This document shows, in pieces, positions 1-14,299 of a stretch of DNA of 64,000 nt. The notes beneath the pieces are model-generated. The model was not told where the DNA came from, searched no databases, and saw nothing but the letters and a program-made list of their open reading frames with translations. The position numbers and the translations under genes were made by a program. The stretch covers positions 84,072,001-84,136,000 of the forward strand of contig OZ024740.1 in assembly GCA_964016885.1 (NCBI GenBank). The letters are read 5' to 3'. This stretch comes from Eledone cirrhosa (taxonomy: Eukaryota). How positions within the stretch are numbered: the stretch's first letter is position 1; each line of letters starts with the position of its first letter.

Positions 1-706
1 AATAATTTAATGGATAATTTAACTGATAAACTAAACATTTAATCATATTTAAACAATCGTTAAAATTCTCCTGTTATTATTTATGTATTTTCCATTCACG
101 CTTATTTACACTTCTTTACTTATCCATTAAATATTTATTCTTTCACTTCATCTTAAAAGTTAAGCTAAGACAACACCCTATCATTTAGAGCTTTCTCTTT
201 CTCTTTCCTCTTTTTTCTTCTCTTTTTTCTTCTTTTTCTTCTCTTTCTCTTTCTCTTTTTCTTGTTTTCTTATTTTCCTCTTAGAGTTTGCTCTTTTTTA
301 TCTTTTTTTTAATCTTTTTTTCTCTTTCTTTTCTTTCCCTTTCTCCATACCCCAACGGCTTATTTTAAATCTACTGTGATTTAAAAATATCCGACACTAA
401 TTTGCATAATAGTATAAATAGTATAAATACATTTATAACCCCACTATCCGGGAGCTTCCAACAGAAATGGTCGCATTCTTTAAGGGTATGTCAATATTTA
501 TTTATAAAACTGCATTTTATCTGATGAAAGCACACCATAATTTAACTTGGTGTCCTTGAAATATGTATAATGAAATAAATATTGTTTTATAAACATAGTT
601 TCCATTTCTTAATATATCGTATTTCTGCTCCAATAATTTGTTGAGTGCGTTATATCAGTTATAAAAATATTTGCTTGTTGTATCCCAACAATTTAAATAG
701 AATTGC
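1..706 (+). mobile_element. 3' end (pLTR + tail) of a Penelope-like element, cut by the window edge
   Basis: Pyrimidine-rich 3'UTR, HHR at 514-575, and tail 576-706 alignable by eye with 31015-31146; ends in a CT/TA microsatellite. Confidence 0.75.
514..575 (+). ncRNA. Type I hammerhead ribozyme
   Basis: ATTTTAT-CTGATGA-(AAG..ACACCA/TGGTGT..CTT stem II)-GAAA-TATGTA-TA-ATGAAAT; stem I closes with one G.U pair. Confidence 0.75.
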
Positions 707-716
707 TCTCTCTCTC

Positions 717-896
<180 letters not shown>

Positions 897-963
897 GTAT
901 TTTTGCATCTCGGTGTCTGTTTCATTTATTCTTGAACTGTATATATATATATATATATGTATA

Positions 964-1008
<45 letters not shown>

Positions 1009-1013
1009 GTATA

Positions 1014-1109
<96 letters not shown>

Positions 1110-1585
1110 ATTAGTATATCTACCAACATATGTATACAGATGTTACCCATGCTAGCAAATATATATGTTATGTCTTAGTACCTTTGTGGTTCTATGCAGG
1201 GGGATGCAGAACAATTATATGAAAGACGTAAAATAAGAAAATTTTAAAAATTTAAAATTAACTTACTTACTAAAATTTTCATTCCTCACTGATTGATTCT
1301 TTGGAATCTGCCACTGACCAAAGAGGCAGTGAATTTTTTCAGTGCTTTGGCATTTAGTCCCCGCTAGCTTTATTCCATCCACTGAATTATTATTTGTATA
1401 TGAGTTCCTAGTGTGCGCGCATTGCCTGGGAACTTAGCTGAGAATAGACTCCCTGATGACGTAAGGAATTCTCTATAATTATGTTACGTAACTATATTTA
1501 TCCCCTTACAGAAACTAATTAGTTGGAGTGAAAATTTTAGTAAGTTAACTTTTAATTTTTAAAATGTTCTTATTTTACGTCTTTC

Positions 1586-1590
<5 letters not shown>
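1110..1590. mobile_element. Short head-to-head PLE-derived fold-back insertion
   Basis: Imperfect inverted arms 1216-1285 / 1525-1590, extra tail 1110-1215 on the left only, HHR inside, microsatellites on both sides. Confidence 0.7.
1448..1529 (+). ncRNA. Type I hammerhead ribozyme with extended stem II
   Basis: ACTCC-CTGATGA-cGTAAGG...CCTTACa-GAAA-CTAATTAG (palindromic stem III)-TT-GGAGT. Confidence 0.85.
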
Positions 1591-1660
<70 letters not shown>

Positions 1661-1662
1661 TT

Positions 1663-1748
<86 letters not shown>

Positions 1749-2693
1749 AAGAATAAATGGAAGAAATACAGCGATGCAAAAACACAACATATATATACAT
1801 ACATATCTATATATTAATTTTGACAACGTTATTATTCCGTGTGTCTTAATTCTCGATTATCATTGGTTCATATATTTCAAACGACTCCGCCCACCTTAAC
1901 GACGCCAAACTTAAATTAATATGCATAATACCAATGAGGGAGTGAGAGGGGAGAGTAAGAAACAGAGAGGCAAAGTGAACGCTGTAACTATTACCATGTG
2001 TGCGTGTGTGTGTACGCGCGCGTATGTTTATGTGTGTGTGCGTGCGTGCAGCGTTCCACAGAAAGTAAAAACTGTCAACATGTGTGAGTGTGTGCGTGTA
2101 TAAGTTTGCGTGCGTGTGTGCGATTCCATGCGTGTATGTGTGTAGCGTTCCACAATCGCCACAGTGTTTATCTGTCTGTGTGACTGTCTGTCAGTCTAAC
2201 ATACACAGAGTTGTGAAGGGAGTAAATAGGGACCTACCCTTTTTACATTTACGGACATCTTTTATATTAATTATCTACATCTATATCTACATATAATATA
2301 AAAGATTGGAACTTCCATCATCCTTTTGAGAAACGTGGAACAACCACGCCTATGCAATCAGTCAGGCAGAAGATGAACCATCTCCTAGAGGTCACTATTC
2401 TAGGTGGGAGCACCTAGAATTGTTCATATACTATGAACAAACGGTACAACCAAGAATTTGGTATATCTGGAAGATTTGTTTTACTGCTTTTGTATCACAC
2501 AGACCCCACGGACTTGCCTCATACTGTAACCAGACAAACATCCAATACAGTCATTTTCTCTTTTACCTGTCTTCTCTTATCATCTGTTTACCCGGGCAAA
2601 GCTGGGTACATCAGCTCGTATACATATATATTAACTTAAATCTTAAAAAAAGCAGATACATTTGCATATTCAAATACGCACATACGCTTATAT

Positions 2694-2778
<85 letters not shown>

Positions 2779-2890
2779 TAAAAGTAATTCCAACTTTGTC
2801 TGATTTACTCGTTTTATTTACAATACTTTAAAATTTATAATGGTATTAGAATGAAATAGTATGGTAGAATATTAATTTTTAAGTGTTAAT

Positions 2891-2929
2891 TGAACAAGTA
2901 CTTTCATGCTTTCGCAATCTTCAGGTTCA
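2891..2929 (-). ncRNA. Minimal type I hammerhead ribozyme
   Basis: Reverse complement reads TGAAC-CTGAAGA-tTGC GAAA GCAt-GAAA-GTAC-TT-GTTCA. Confidence 0.8.
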
Positions 2930-2986
2930 TAATGTGTGGTGACATTTTCTGTTGAAAATTGCAAACTTGACTGCCACCACACATTG

Positions 2987-3025
2987 TGAAGCTGAAGATT
3001 GCGAAAGCATGAAAGTACTTGTTCA
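2987..3025 (+). ncRNA. Minimal type I hammerhead ribozyme (mirror copy, one stem I mismatch)
   Basis: TGAAG-CTGAAGA-TTGCGAAAGCAT-GAAA-GTAC-TT-GTTCA. Confidence 0.75.
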
Positions 3026-3176
3026 ATTAACAGTTAAAAATTAATATTCTACCATACTATTTCATTCTAATACCATTATAAATTTTAAAGGATTGTAAAT
3101 AAAACGAGTAAATCAGACAAAGTTGGAATTCCTTTTATTAATATAATCTTCTATACACAATCATACACACCCGTGT

Positions 3177-3242
<66 letters not shown>

Positions 3243-3251
<9 letters not shown>

Positions 3252-4103
3252 TAAACAAATAATGAATAAAACAATGAAACAGTTCCTTATACTAAACAAA
3301 AAAAGTTCATTATTTAACGATCGTTTCTAGGATATATATGTGTTAGAATTGGCATGCATATTCAACAGATCTATGTACAAAATTATACAAAATTATACAA
3401 ACTATCAAGATTAAATATACATACCAACACATACATACGCCGTCTTCAGAAATAATGAAATATATTTATTGATAATAACAACAATTCAAAATTTCAGGTC
3501 CGTTTGGGAACAAAATTGACCAATGAAAATACAAAAGGTTTTATGCAGTTCGGTGTGTGTATATACATGTAACTACCCTTACACATATTTTACAAAAATG
3601 TATGCTCAACATGTATACGCATACCAAAAGGATGGATGCAAATACAAAATTTCAAGGTTAATGTCTCTGTAAGTTTATAATGCACAGATAAGATGCGTAT
3701 AGACACATAAATATGAAATAAGTGTATACACATATTCTCATACTCACACATATCCGTACAATCACACACACGCGCGCGTATATGCATAAACATACACATA
3801 ATTACGAACATACAAACACACACACACCCCCACTCACATATATATATGTGGATATAATATCATAAGCACATGGATATTAATTCACTCACATAAACACTGT
3901 CACACACATTTAGATCAATATACAGAAATTAGGTGGGAGGGGGGGAGAGGTCAGTATTCAACGGTTTGGGCAGACTGCTTATTATAGATGTATCTATAAA
4001 CTAAGAAAATAAAAAATAAAAATTAAAAAGGAAAGAAAAGAAAAAGAAAGAAGAAAAAAGAAATATATCAAGAAAATATATATATATATATATACACACA
4101 TAT

Positions 4104-4151
<48 letters not shown>

Positions 4152-4248
4152 ACATACATACATATACACACATCCACACTTAGAACATACATACACACAC
4201 ATATATAAACATATACATATACACACATACATACATATACACACATAC

Positions 4249-4301
<53 letters not shown>

Positions 4302-4604
4302 TACACATATAATCACACATACTATATAGACACACATATATATACACACATACACGCACATATACATACACATACATACTTATATACATACAGATATACA
4401 CATACATACCTATATATAGACGCAAATACATACAGATATACATACATACATACACACAAATACTTACGCATCCATATATCGGTATATACATACAAACACC
4501 ACTACACTCTCACACAACTCAGACATACAAAGAAAAAGGTATATACCTATATACATATACATATACAAACAGAGATACATATACATATATATATACATAT
4601 ATAT

Positions 4605-4655
<51 letters not shown>

Positions 4656-4984
4656 CATATACATACACACATACATAGACATATATGTACATACATACAC
4701 ATACATACATACATACACACACATATATACATATATATACACACATAGACACATACATACATACACACACAACATACATACACACATATATACTCATACA
4801 TAGAATTAGATATATATTCATACATACATACGCACTTACATATACTCATATATACAAATACATACGCATCCATATATGCGTATATACATACAAACACCAC
4901 TACACCCTCACACAACTCAGACATACAAAGAAAAAGGCATATACATATACATATATACACGCATTAATAGAGATATATATACAC

Positions 4985-5015
<31 letters not shown>

Positions 5016-5233
5016 CACTTATATATATACACCCACACACACACACAACCATAAACACACATACAAAACATACAAACACACACATACACATATATATACA
5101 CATACATATATATACACACACACAAAAAACAGACATACATATATATATTTTTTTACACATATATATACACATATATATACATATACACACCCTCACATAT
5201 ACACACATACACATAAGTTATATTATAATAATA

Positions 5234-5272
<39 letters not shown>

Positions 5273-5439
5273 CGAATATAGACATATATACACACATAGA
5301 TATATATATATATACATATACACACACACACACACACACTCACATATATATGTGCGCACACGTACATATATACACATACACACATATACACGTAAACACA
5401 TACATGTGCATACATGCACACACACACATATACCCACAT
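3243..5439. repeat. Left arm of ~2.2-2.4 kb inverted repeat (partner 9356-11802)
   Basis: Unique stretches (e.g. 3243-4060 vs ~10980-11802) are near-exact reverse complements; the ORF track gives the same 77-aa peptide at 3590-3823(-) and 11222-11455(+). Confidence 0.95.
3306..3459 (-). ncRNA. Type I hammerhead ribozyme with ~115-nt stem II (mirror of 11586-11739)
   Basis: Reverse complement of 11586-11739. Confidence 0.75.
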
Positions 5440-5515
5440 AGATACGAAGATAGACATATAAATAGAGAGACATACATATATATACACACACATATATACA
5501 TACATACATACACAC

Positions 5516-5554
<39 letters not shown>

Positions 5555-6378
5555 CATACACACATACACGCTCACACACATATACACATATACACATATA
5601 TATACATACACACATACACATACACATATATATACACATGCATATATACACATATATATATACATACACACATATATATACACACAATCTTACTATTTGC
5701 ATGCGCATATATGTATTTTTATATTCAGATATAAATACCCAAACATATATACACCTACCTACATATATATTCATACATACATGCTTACAAACACAGATGA
5801 TAATAGTATGGGGGAAAGGGGGCGGTTGGAGAAGGGGATTATAGTAAATATATGTTTCAAGAAACATAGAATATTATCTGTATCTGGATCCAATGTATGT
5901 TTTTACATAGTTTCAGTGTTAGGAAATACAAGAAATAAGGCAAAATTTATGCATTTCAAAATAAATAAGTATACCATTAATTATATGTTAACTAAACTAA
6001 AGATAGTTAACATATTGATTTCTAAGGTGTAAATTAGTTAGGTTTATAATATTTGAAGCAGAATTTTGAAGTTAAATAGTAGTAGAGTATTAATTATAGT
6101 ATAACTAAATTAAAGTTAATAACGTTATGGTATCAATATTAGGAAATGAATTTAGTAATAGGGAAAAAACAAATAAAGTATTACATCGGTAGTAGAATAT
6201 AAATTATAGGTTAACTAAATTAAAAATTATATATTAATTTCTATAGTATATGTTAATTAGGTATATAATAAATAAAACAGATATTGTATTTTATCAATAG
6301 CAGAATATAATTATATGCAAATAGAAATCAAAATTAATACATATACATATACATATACATACACATATATATATACAT

Positions 6379-6421
<43 letters not shown>

Positions 6422-6909
6422 TACACATACATATACATACATACATATACATATTTTTTCAAAAATTGCAAAGAATATATTAACTAGGTATATATCCAAA
6501 ACACATCCCATTCTATGATTACATGACATTCTGCAATCCGTCTGTATAAGGATACTAATTTTAAGCCAATTAAATTAAATTTTTAGGTTGACTAAATTTA
6601 AAACCAAATTATAAATATATTTCTAAAATGTATATTAATTAGGTCTATAATACTAAAAATTATTTCTCTGTCATTGGATACACGATATTTTGTTATATTT
6701 TATCTGTAAAGGAATTTTAATAAAAGGTTTAAATAAATTAAAATTAATCTATAAATTAAATTACCAAGTATATATTAGTAATATTTAAAGGTTTTTCACA
6801 ATTTATGATTACACAATATTTTATATTCTCATCTGTAATAGAATTTTAATTAAATTAAATTTATAGGTTAACTAACATTTAAATTAAATTAATTTCTAAA
6901 ATAATGTTA

Positions 6910-9351
6910 TTAATTAGGTTTATAATATTTAAATGTTTTTTTTAGTTTATGATTACACGATATAATTAATTCCTGTCGTTTATTTAATAGGATATCCTTA
7001 GATTTCATTATTTCAAATAGTTCTTGGGAACATAATCTACATTCATTTCTATTATTTTGATAAGGGGTGGCTCTTTTGAGCACACTCCAGGTCAAATCAT
7101 ATTCTATATTCTTATTTTTATAACTATTGATTTTTTCTGCTAGAGATGTTGTATTAGCCAGTGCGGCATTTTTAAAACTATGCTTGTGGGTATTAAACCT
7201 TGTCTTAAAATTGTTAGAGGTAGCTCCTATATATGAGCAAATAGAATCTTTAGTTTTAACATTACATTTATAGACTATGTTGTTAACAAGACAATTCCCT
7301 TTTAATGGGCAGTTTGCTTTGTTTCTACAGTTACAACCTTTCGTTAATTCTGTATTTGAGGAGATATTATGGTTAATTTGATGTACTGGTGGTATACTTA
7401 TGGTTTTCTTACTTTTATATGCATTATAGGCACTTATATTTTGTTTTATGTTATTTGTTGTAGAGTATGAGAATTTAACTGTAGACCTATTTAAGATTTG
7501 ATGGTATTTGTGGTTTGGCGGGAAGTTTTTCTCTAGGATATAAAAAATTTTTTTAGCAATATTATCCTTAATTTGTAAATTAAATGGAGCATTATACCAA
7601 GTAACCCGTCTATTACGGTTTCTATGTTGTTTATTATTTTTATTATTTTTATAGGTTGTATCGTGATGTTTACTAGGAGGATTAATGTTAATGATCTCAC
7701 CACAACCATTTTTAGTTATATTTGTAGATTTAGGTGTTTTATCCTTTTTATTAGGAGTTTTATTATTAATATTTATTCGAGTTGTATGATGAGTAGTTTT
7801 TTGAGAGTTACTATATTTTATAATAGAAGATTTGGTATTTTGGGGTATAGTGTGGGTGGCATTTAGGTGTGTACTTTTCATTTGGTGTTTGTTGGTAATA
7901 TTAGGTTGTATGCTTTCAGTATTTTTAGTAGAAGGTATATATTCTAATCTATTTTTGTGGCCACTTCTATCTAGAGCTTCGTTATAGAAGGTCGCATTTT
8001 TATCAAATACATCTTGGTTAGAAGAAAGGTTAGAAATTCTAAGTGATATATTATATGCAAGGTTTTTAAGGATAGATTTAGGGTGATTAGATTGTGAGTG
8101 TATGTAATGTAAGTTTTGGTTTGGTTTATGGTAAGGTTGGTAGATACCCGTAGCTAAATCTAAAGTTATATCTAGGAAATTTACTACTTTACTTGTTTTT
8201 TCAAAAGTAATATGAAGATTATAATAGTCTTTAAGGAAAGTTCTAATATGTTTTTTGTTTTTTTCAATTTCTGAAAGGCTAAGGTTGTTAGAAAGAAGAA
8301 GACAGTCATCACGATATAAACCACCTTTGAGGTGGGGAAAGGAGGCATTTATGTTGAAAAGGAGAAAGAGGCCCACAAGATCAGTAATTTGGGCGGAATC
8401 GCTTGAACCCATAGTAATATCAAATAGATTACTATATGTGTTTCTGGTCCAGTATTCATTCTGAAATTCAATAAGTGTTAGTCTAGCATGTGTAATAATA
8501 TTAATGTCATCCAAAGTTAAGTTAGATCTATTTTTAGCAAATATCAATGCTTTGTTCAGGAGTATAGGTGATATAGAAGAATAGTAATTATCTATATCAA
8601 ATTGTAGAAATGAAGCAGAAGATTTACATCTAATATTTTTAAACCAGTTAATTACCTGGGAGGTGTTTTCCCAGAGTGGTAAAATAACGTGTTTTCTTAT
8701 TTGTGGGATGACTCTATCCAAAATTTTTTTGCTAATTATTCCAATATCTGATTTGGAGGGACATATAAGTCTAATAGAAGGATTCGAGTTAAAGTTTGAT
8801 TTATGATCCTTCAGGTTGAAGTGTGGTCTTTTCAATGCCAAAGGTTCAGTTCTATCTTCAATGTTTAGTTTTTTTACTATGTTGTGTGTTTTGTTGTTGA
8901 TGTTGGTGAGTGACGCATTATTAGATTTTTTATAATTTTTTCTGAGTTCTTTATATATGAACTCATTATAATGTTCAATATCCATATGATACAAGTTACC
9001 AGTTTTGTCCGAGTGGACATGGATTTTTTTAGACTTTTTTAGGTCCAATAGGGTAGAATCAAGGTCCTTTTGAAAGACGGATTTATACTTTTTAAATTTG
9101 AGGTGTTTAATTAAATTAAAAAGGTCTTTCTCGAAGTCTTCAAGTAAAAAGTTGTGTGGTGGATTCTTGTAAGTATTGAAATCATACATATATTTCCGAT
9201 CTGCTTGTTTAGATTTTTTATCGAAGTGGTAGGCTCTCCATCTAACCCTTCTGATAAAATTATTAGTTTTTTGAATCATAAGGAGTAAGAAGTCATCCTT
9301 AGAAGGTATTGGTATGTTTTTTAAAGAGGTTCCCAAATATTGTTTTTCCAT
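6910..9351 (-). CDS. PLE reverse transcriptase + C-terminal GIY-YIG endonuclease (~813 aa from [16 protein letters not shown])
   Basis: RT motifs [43 protein letters not shown]; thumb [13 protein letters not shown]; linker [11 protein letters not shown]; endonuclease [20 protein letters not shown] and CRLC; no stops. The first 10 aa of the listed 823-aa ORF come largely from the inverted arm. Confidence 0.93.
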   Translation of the reverse strand: MEKQYLGTSLKNIPIPSKDDFLLLMIQKTNNFIRRVRWRAYHFDKKSKQADRKYMYDFNTYKNPPHNFLLEDFEKDLFNLIKHLKFKKYKSVFQKDLDSTLLDLKKSKKIHVHSDKTGNLYHMDIEHYNEFIYKELRKNYKKSNNASLTNINNKTHNIVKKLNIEDRTEPLALKRPHFNLKDHKSNFNSNPSIRLICPSKSDIGIISKKILDRVIPQIRKHVILPLWENTSQVINWFKNIRCKSSASFLQFDIDNYYSSISPILLNKALIFAKNRSNLTLDDINIITHARLTLIEFQNEYWTRNTYSNLFDITMGSSDSAQITDLVGLFLLFNINASFPHLKGGLYRDDCLLLSNNLSLSEIEKNKKHIRTFLKDYYNLHITFEKTSKVVNFLDITLDLATGIYQPYHKPNQNLHYIHSQSNHPKSILKNLAYNISLRISNLSSNQDVFDKNATFYNEALDRSGHKNRLEYIPSTKNTESIQPNITNKHQMKSTHLNATHTIPQNTKSSIIKYSNSQKTTHHTTRININNKTPNKKDKTPKSTNITKNGCGEIININPPSKHHDTTYKNNKNNKQHRNRNRRVTWYNAPFNLQIKDNIAKKIFYILEKNFPPNHKYHQILNRSTVKFSYSTTNNIKQNISAYNAYKSKKTISIPPVHQINHNISSNTELTKGCNCRNKANCPLKGNCLVNNIVYKCNVKTKDSICSYIGATSNNFKTRFNTHKHSFKNAALANTTSLAEKINSYKNKNIEYDLTWSVLKRATPYQNNRNECRLCSQELFEIMKSKDILLNKRQELIISCNHKLKKTFKYYKPN

Positions 9352-9355
9352 TGTG

Positions 9356-9524
9356 ATGTGGGTATATGTGTGTGTGTGCATGTATGCACATGTATGTGTT
9401 TACGTGTATATGTGTGTATGTGTATATATGTATGTGTGCGCACATATATATGTGAGTGTGTGTGTGTGTGTGTGTATATGTATATATATATATATATCTA
9501 TGTGTGTATATATGTCTATATTCG

Positions 9525-9573
<49 letters not shown>

Positions 9574-9791
9574 TATTATTATAATATAACTTATGTGTAT
9601 GTGTGTATATGTGAGGGTGTGTATATGTATATATATGTGTATATATATGTGTAAAAAAATATATATATGTATGTCTGTTTTTTGTGTGTGTGTATATATA
9701 TGTATGTGTATATATATGTGTATGTGTGTGTTTGTATGTTTTGTATGTGTGTTTATGGTTGTATGTGTGTGTGGGTGTATATATATAAGTG

Positions 9792-9830
<39 letters not shown>

Positions 9831-10157
9831 ATATATATCTCTATTAATGCGTGTATATATGTATATGTATATGCCTTTTTCTTTGTATGTCTGAGTTGTG
9901 TGAGGGTGTAGTGGTGTTTGTATGTATATACGCATATATGGATGCGTATGTATTTGTATATATGAGTATATGTAAGTGCGTATGTATGTATGAATATATA
10001 TCTAATTCTATGTATGAGTATATATGTGTGTGTATGTATGTTGTGTGTGTATGTATGTATGTGTCTATGTGTGTATATATATGTATATATGTGTGTGTAT
10101 GTATGTATGTATGTGTATGTATGTACATATATGTCTATGTATGTGTGTATGTATATG

Positions 10158-10208
<51 letters not shown>

Positions 10209-10394
10209 TTTATATATATGTGTGTGTGTGTATGTGTGTGTGTGTATATATATCTTTATATATGTGTATGTGTATGTTCGTGTAGGTGTATGTGTGTGTA
10301 TGAATATATATGTATGTATGTATGTGTGTATGTATGTATATGTATGTGTGTGTACATGTATGTATGTGTATGTATGTATATGTGTGTATATGTG

Positions 10395-10433
<39 letters not shown>

Positions 10434-10736
10434 ATATATATGTATATATATATGTATATGTATCTCTGTTTGTATATGTATATGTATATAGGTATATACC
10501 TTTTTCTTTGTATGTCTGAGTTGTGTGAGAGTGTAGTGGTGTTTGTATGTATATACCGATATATGGATGCGTAAGTATTTGTGTGTATGTATGTATGTAT
10601 ATCTGTATGTATTTGCGTCTATATATAGGTATGTATGTGTATATCTGTATGTATATAAGTATGTATGTGTATGTATATGTGCGTGTATGTGTGTATATAT
10701 ATGTGTGTCTATATAGTATGTGTGATTATATGTGTA

Positions 10737-10787
<51 letters not shown>

Positions 10788-10885
10788 GTATGTGTGTATA
10801 TGTATGTATGTGTGTATATGTATATGTTTATATATGTGTGTGTATGTATGTTCTAAGTGTGGATGTGTGTATATGTATGTATGTG

Positions 10886-10941
<56 letters not shown>

Positions 10942-11802
10942 ATATGTGTGTATATATATATATATATATTTTCTTGATATATTTCTTTTTTCTTCTTTCT
11001 TTTTCTTTTCTTTCCTTTTTAATTTTTATTTTTTATTTTCTTAGTTTATAGATACATCTATAATAAGCAGTCTGCCCAAACCGTTGAATACTGACCTCTC
11101 CCCCCCTCCCACCTAATTTCTGTATCTTGATCTAAATGTGTGTGACAGTGTTTATGTGAGTGAATTAATATCCATGTGCTTATGATATTATATCCACATA
11201 TATATATGTGAGTGGGGGTGTGTGTGTGTTTGTATGTTCGTAATTATGTGTATGTTTATGCATATACGCGCGCGTGTGTGTGATTGTACGGATATGTGTG
11301 AGTATGAGAATATGTGTATACACTTATTTCATATTTATGTGTCTATACGCATCTTATCTGTGCATTATAAACTTACAGAGACATTAACCTTGAAATTTTG
11401 TATTTGCATCCATCCTTTTGGTATGCGTATACATGTTGAGCATACATTTTTGTAAAATATGTGTAAGGGTAGTTACATGTATATACACACACCGAACTGC
11501 ATAAAACCTTTTGTATTTTCATTGGTCAATTTTGTTCCCAAACGGACCTGAAATTTTGAATTGTTGTTATTATCAATAAATATATTTCATTATTTCTGAA
11601 GACGGCGTATGTATGTGTTGGTATGTATATTTAATCTTGATAGTTTGTATAATTTTGTATAATTTTGTACATAGATCTGTTGAATATGCATGCCAATTCT
11701 AACACATATATATCCTAGAAACGATCGTTAAATAATGAACTTTTTTTGTTTAGTATAAGGAACTGTTTCATTGTTTTATTCATTATTTGTTTAATATTTT
11801 AT
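9356..11802. repeat. Right arm of large inverted repeat
   Basis: Reverse complement of 3243-5439; carries ~200 extra bp (about 10204-10400) between two TA tracts that are absent from the left arm. Confidence 0.95.
11586..11739 (+). ncRNA. Type I hammerhead ribozyme with ~115-nt stem II
   Basis: TTCATTATTT-CTGAAGA-long G.U-rich hairpin-GAAA-CGATCG-TT-AAATAATGAA; perfect 10-bp stem I and palindromic stem III. Confidence 0.75.
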
Positions 11803-11933
11803 CTTGACTCTGTATACCGTTTATCTTTCACCGAAAGTGATTTTTCATTACATCTCTTCTTTCCATGATATCCGGAATACATTGAGTTCTTCATACGGAT
11901 TGGACACTACCGTAAACTCTTGGTAGATTTATC

Positions 11934-11971
<38 letters not shown>

Positions 11972-12243
11972 AATGAAAGGTATAGAAAATATTGTAGCAA
12001 AAAGCCAACAGTATTCCATAATATATAAGTGACTATAGCGTCAAAACGGGAAAAATAGTTAACGTAAGTTATGGGAAAGATAATTCAAACTCAACTCCAA
12101 AAAAATCAGGATATAGATTCATCCAAGAGAATTTAGTGAAATCCAGGGAAAAATCAATAGAGCCTTAACTCATGATAAAGTACAGTTTAAAATACTCATC
12201 CTTCAATTTGGGACAACTACAAATGCTGTATAGTCTTGAAGAC

Positions 12244-12389
<146 letters not shown>

Positions 12390-12864
12390 TAAACAGTCTT
12401 TTAAAATATTTGGAAGTGAAGCATATCAATTTGTTCTGGGTGTTTACTGAAGAGAGCGGGACATGATATCCTTACACTTATTTATCTCGAAACATATTTG
12501 GATTTTAAAGTTAAAACTTATCTACGGAACAGGTTTGATTTTGAAATTTAAATTTGTCTAAACACCATGGCCATTTGCCAATACTGTTTGTTTGTTTGAT
12601 TTATTATTTTAAATCGATGTAGGCAGGCTGTAATATTATAATTAGTATATTTCATTCTAGCTAACTTAATTCCTTTTGCAATATAAACAAAGATATGTTG
12701 GTATCTGTGTTTCATCATATATATTGATTCATATTTATTACACGGCTCAGAAATATTCTTTTCTTTGAGCTATTTTCATTGTAAAGGAATGCTTGAGATT
12801 TGAACTCATTACACTTAATATATATATATATGTGTATATATTTATGTATGTATCTATATCTATA

Positions 12865-13342
<478 letters not shown>

Positions 13343-13859
13343 AGCGTATATGCCTGTTTCAATGTGCAAATGTATCTCTTTTTATTAGGTTTAAGTTAAT
13401 TTAGAAACAGAAAACGGCAAAAGGATGCATTTTTATGAAAAGAAAAATATGCTAGCTCTGTAATTTCCTGTTTTTCTTATTTCAATCCTCCTAAATAATT
13501 TACTGTAGAATTTTTGCATATTTAGCTAGATTTATTATTAACGCTATTGTTTAGAATATAAAACCCCGAAATACATTCCACAACGTATAGATATAGAACA
13601 AATGAAGGAAAGATTCGAATATTCTTTTTTACATGTCAGACATTTAAATTTCAGATGCTAATATGATTCATGAAAGCATTTTGTACACTCACACGCACAC
13701 ACTCATACAAATATATATATATATATATAACATGTATATGTGTATGTGTCTGTGTATATGCGTGTGTGTGAGAGAGAGTCTGTGTGTGTGCGCGTACGTG
13801 TTCATATATGTGTATTGTTATTTATGTACGCATGTCTGTATAAATCTTTGTATGCATTA

Positions 13860-13890
<31 letters not shown>

Positions 13891-14299
13891 GGGTGTGTGT
13901 GTGTGTGTGTGTGTACGTGTGTGTGTGTGTGCGTCCATGCATGTGTGTGTTTGTGTGTGTACACATGTGTGATTTTGTGTGTGGGTATATGTGTCTCTCT
14001 GTGTGTCTATTTATCTGTATATGTGCTTGTGCGTGCGTGTGTGTGTATGATTTTATGTAGGTTATATGTATATTATTGTTTTCGAATGGAAGTGCGGATA
14101 ACATTTTCCTTTTCTTTTACATTTGCAACGTTAGCAGAAAGAATATTGCATCATATATTTTTTGAAGATTCTCAAAAATATCATTCTGATATTTGTAAAA
14201 AGAAAGAGGAATACAAGAGGAGGATTACGTACTACGAGGTTCCAAACCTGCTTCAACCTCTGAGATCAGAAACCTATAGAGTAGTAGTATAGAATTTAT

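Larger units (their letters stand above)
2771..3181. mobile_element. Fold-back of two outward-facing PLE 3' ends, each with a minimal HHR
   Basis: Arms 2771-2944 / 2972-3145 (~174 bp, few mismatches); tail 3146-3181 on the right only; (TA)n left, (CT)n(TA)n right. Confidence 0.85.
3243..11936 (-). mobile_element. Penelope-like retroelement (Hydra-type) with intact ORF, ~3.7-kb 3'UTR and an inverted copy of its 3' end at the 5' side
   Basis: ORF 6910-9351; inverted repeat 3243-5439 / 9356-11802; tail 11803-11936; (TA)n at both ends; HHR in both arms. Confidence 0.9.

Noticed and set aside
6000-6900. Imperfect AT-rich repeats (TAGGTTAACTAA..TTAAA) resembling an array
   Set aside because: Irregular spacing and degenerate units inside the PLE 3'UTR; not CRISPR-like.
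9352-9381. N-terminal [10 protein letters not shown] extension of the 823-aa ORF
   Set aside because: Derived mostly from the inverted microsatellite arm; the native start is probably the ATG at 9351.
3243-11802. Reading the long inverted repeats as DNA-transposon/Polinton TIRs or as LTRs
   Set aside because: The arms are copies of the element's own 3' region with HHRs, end asymmetrically, and enclose RT-GIY-YIG rather than a transposase or integrase; at 26.5-31 kb the arm even overlaps the ORF end.
12443-12512. Possible HHR (CTGAAGA..GAAA)
   Set aside because: Stem III and the NUH site cannot be formed convincingly; at best decayed.
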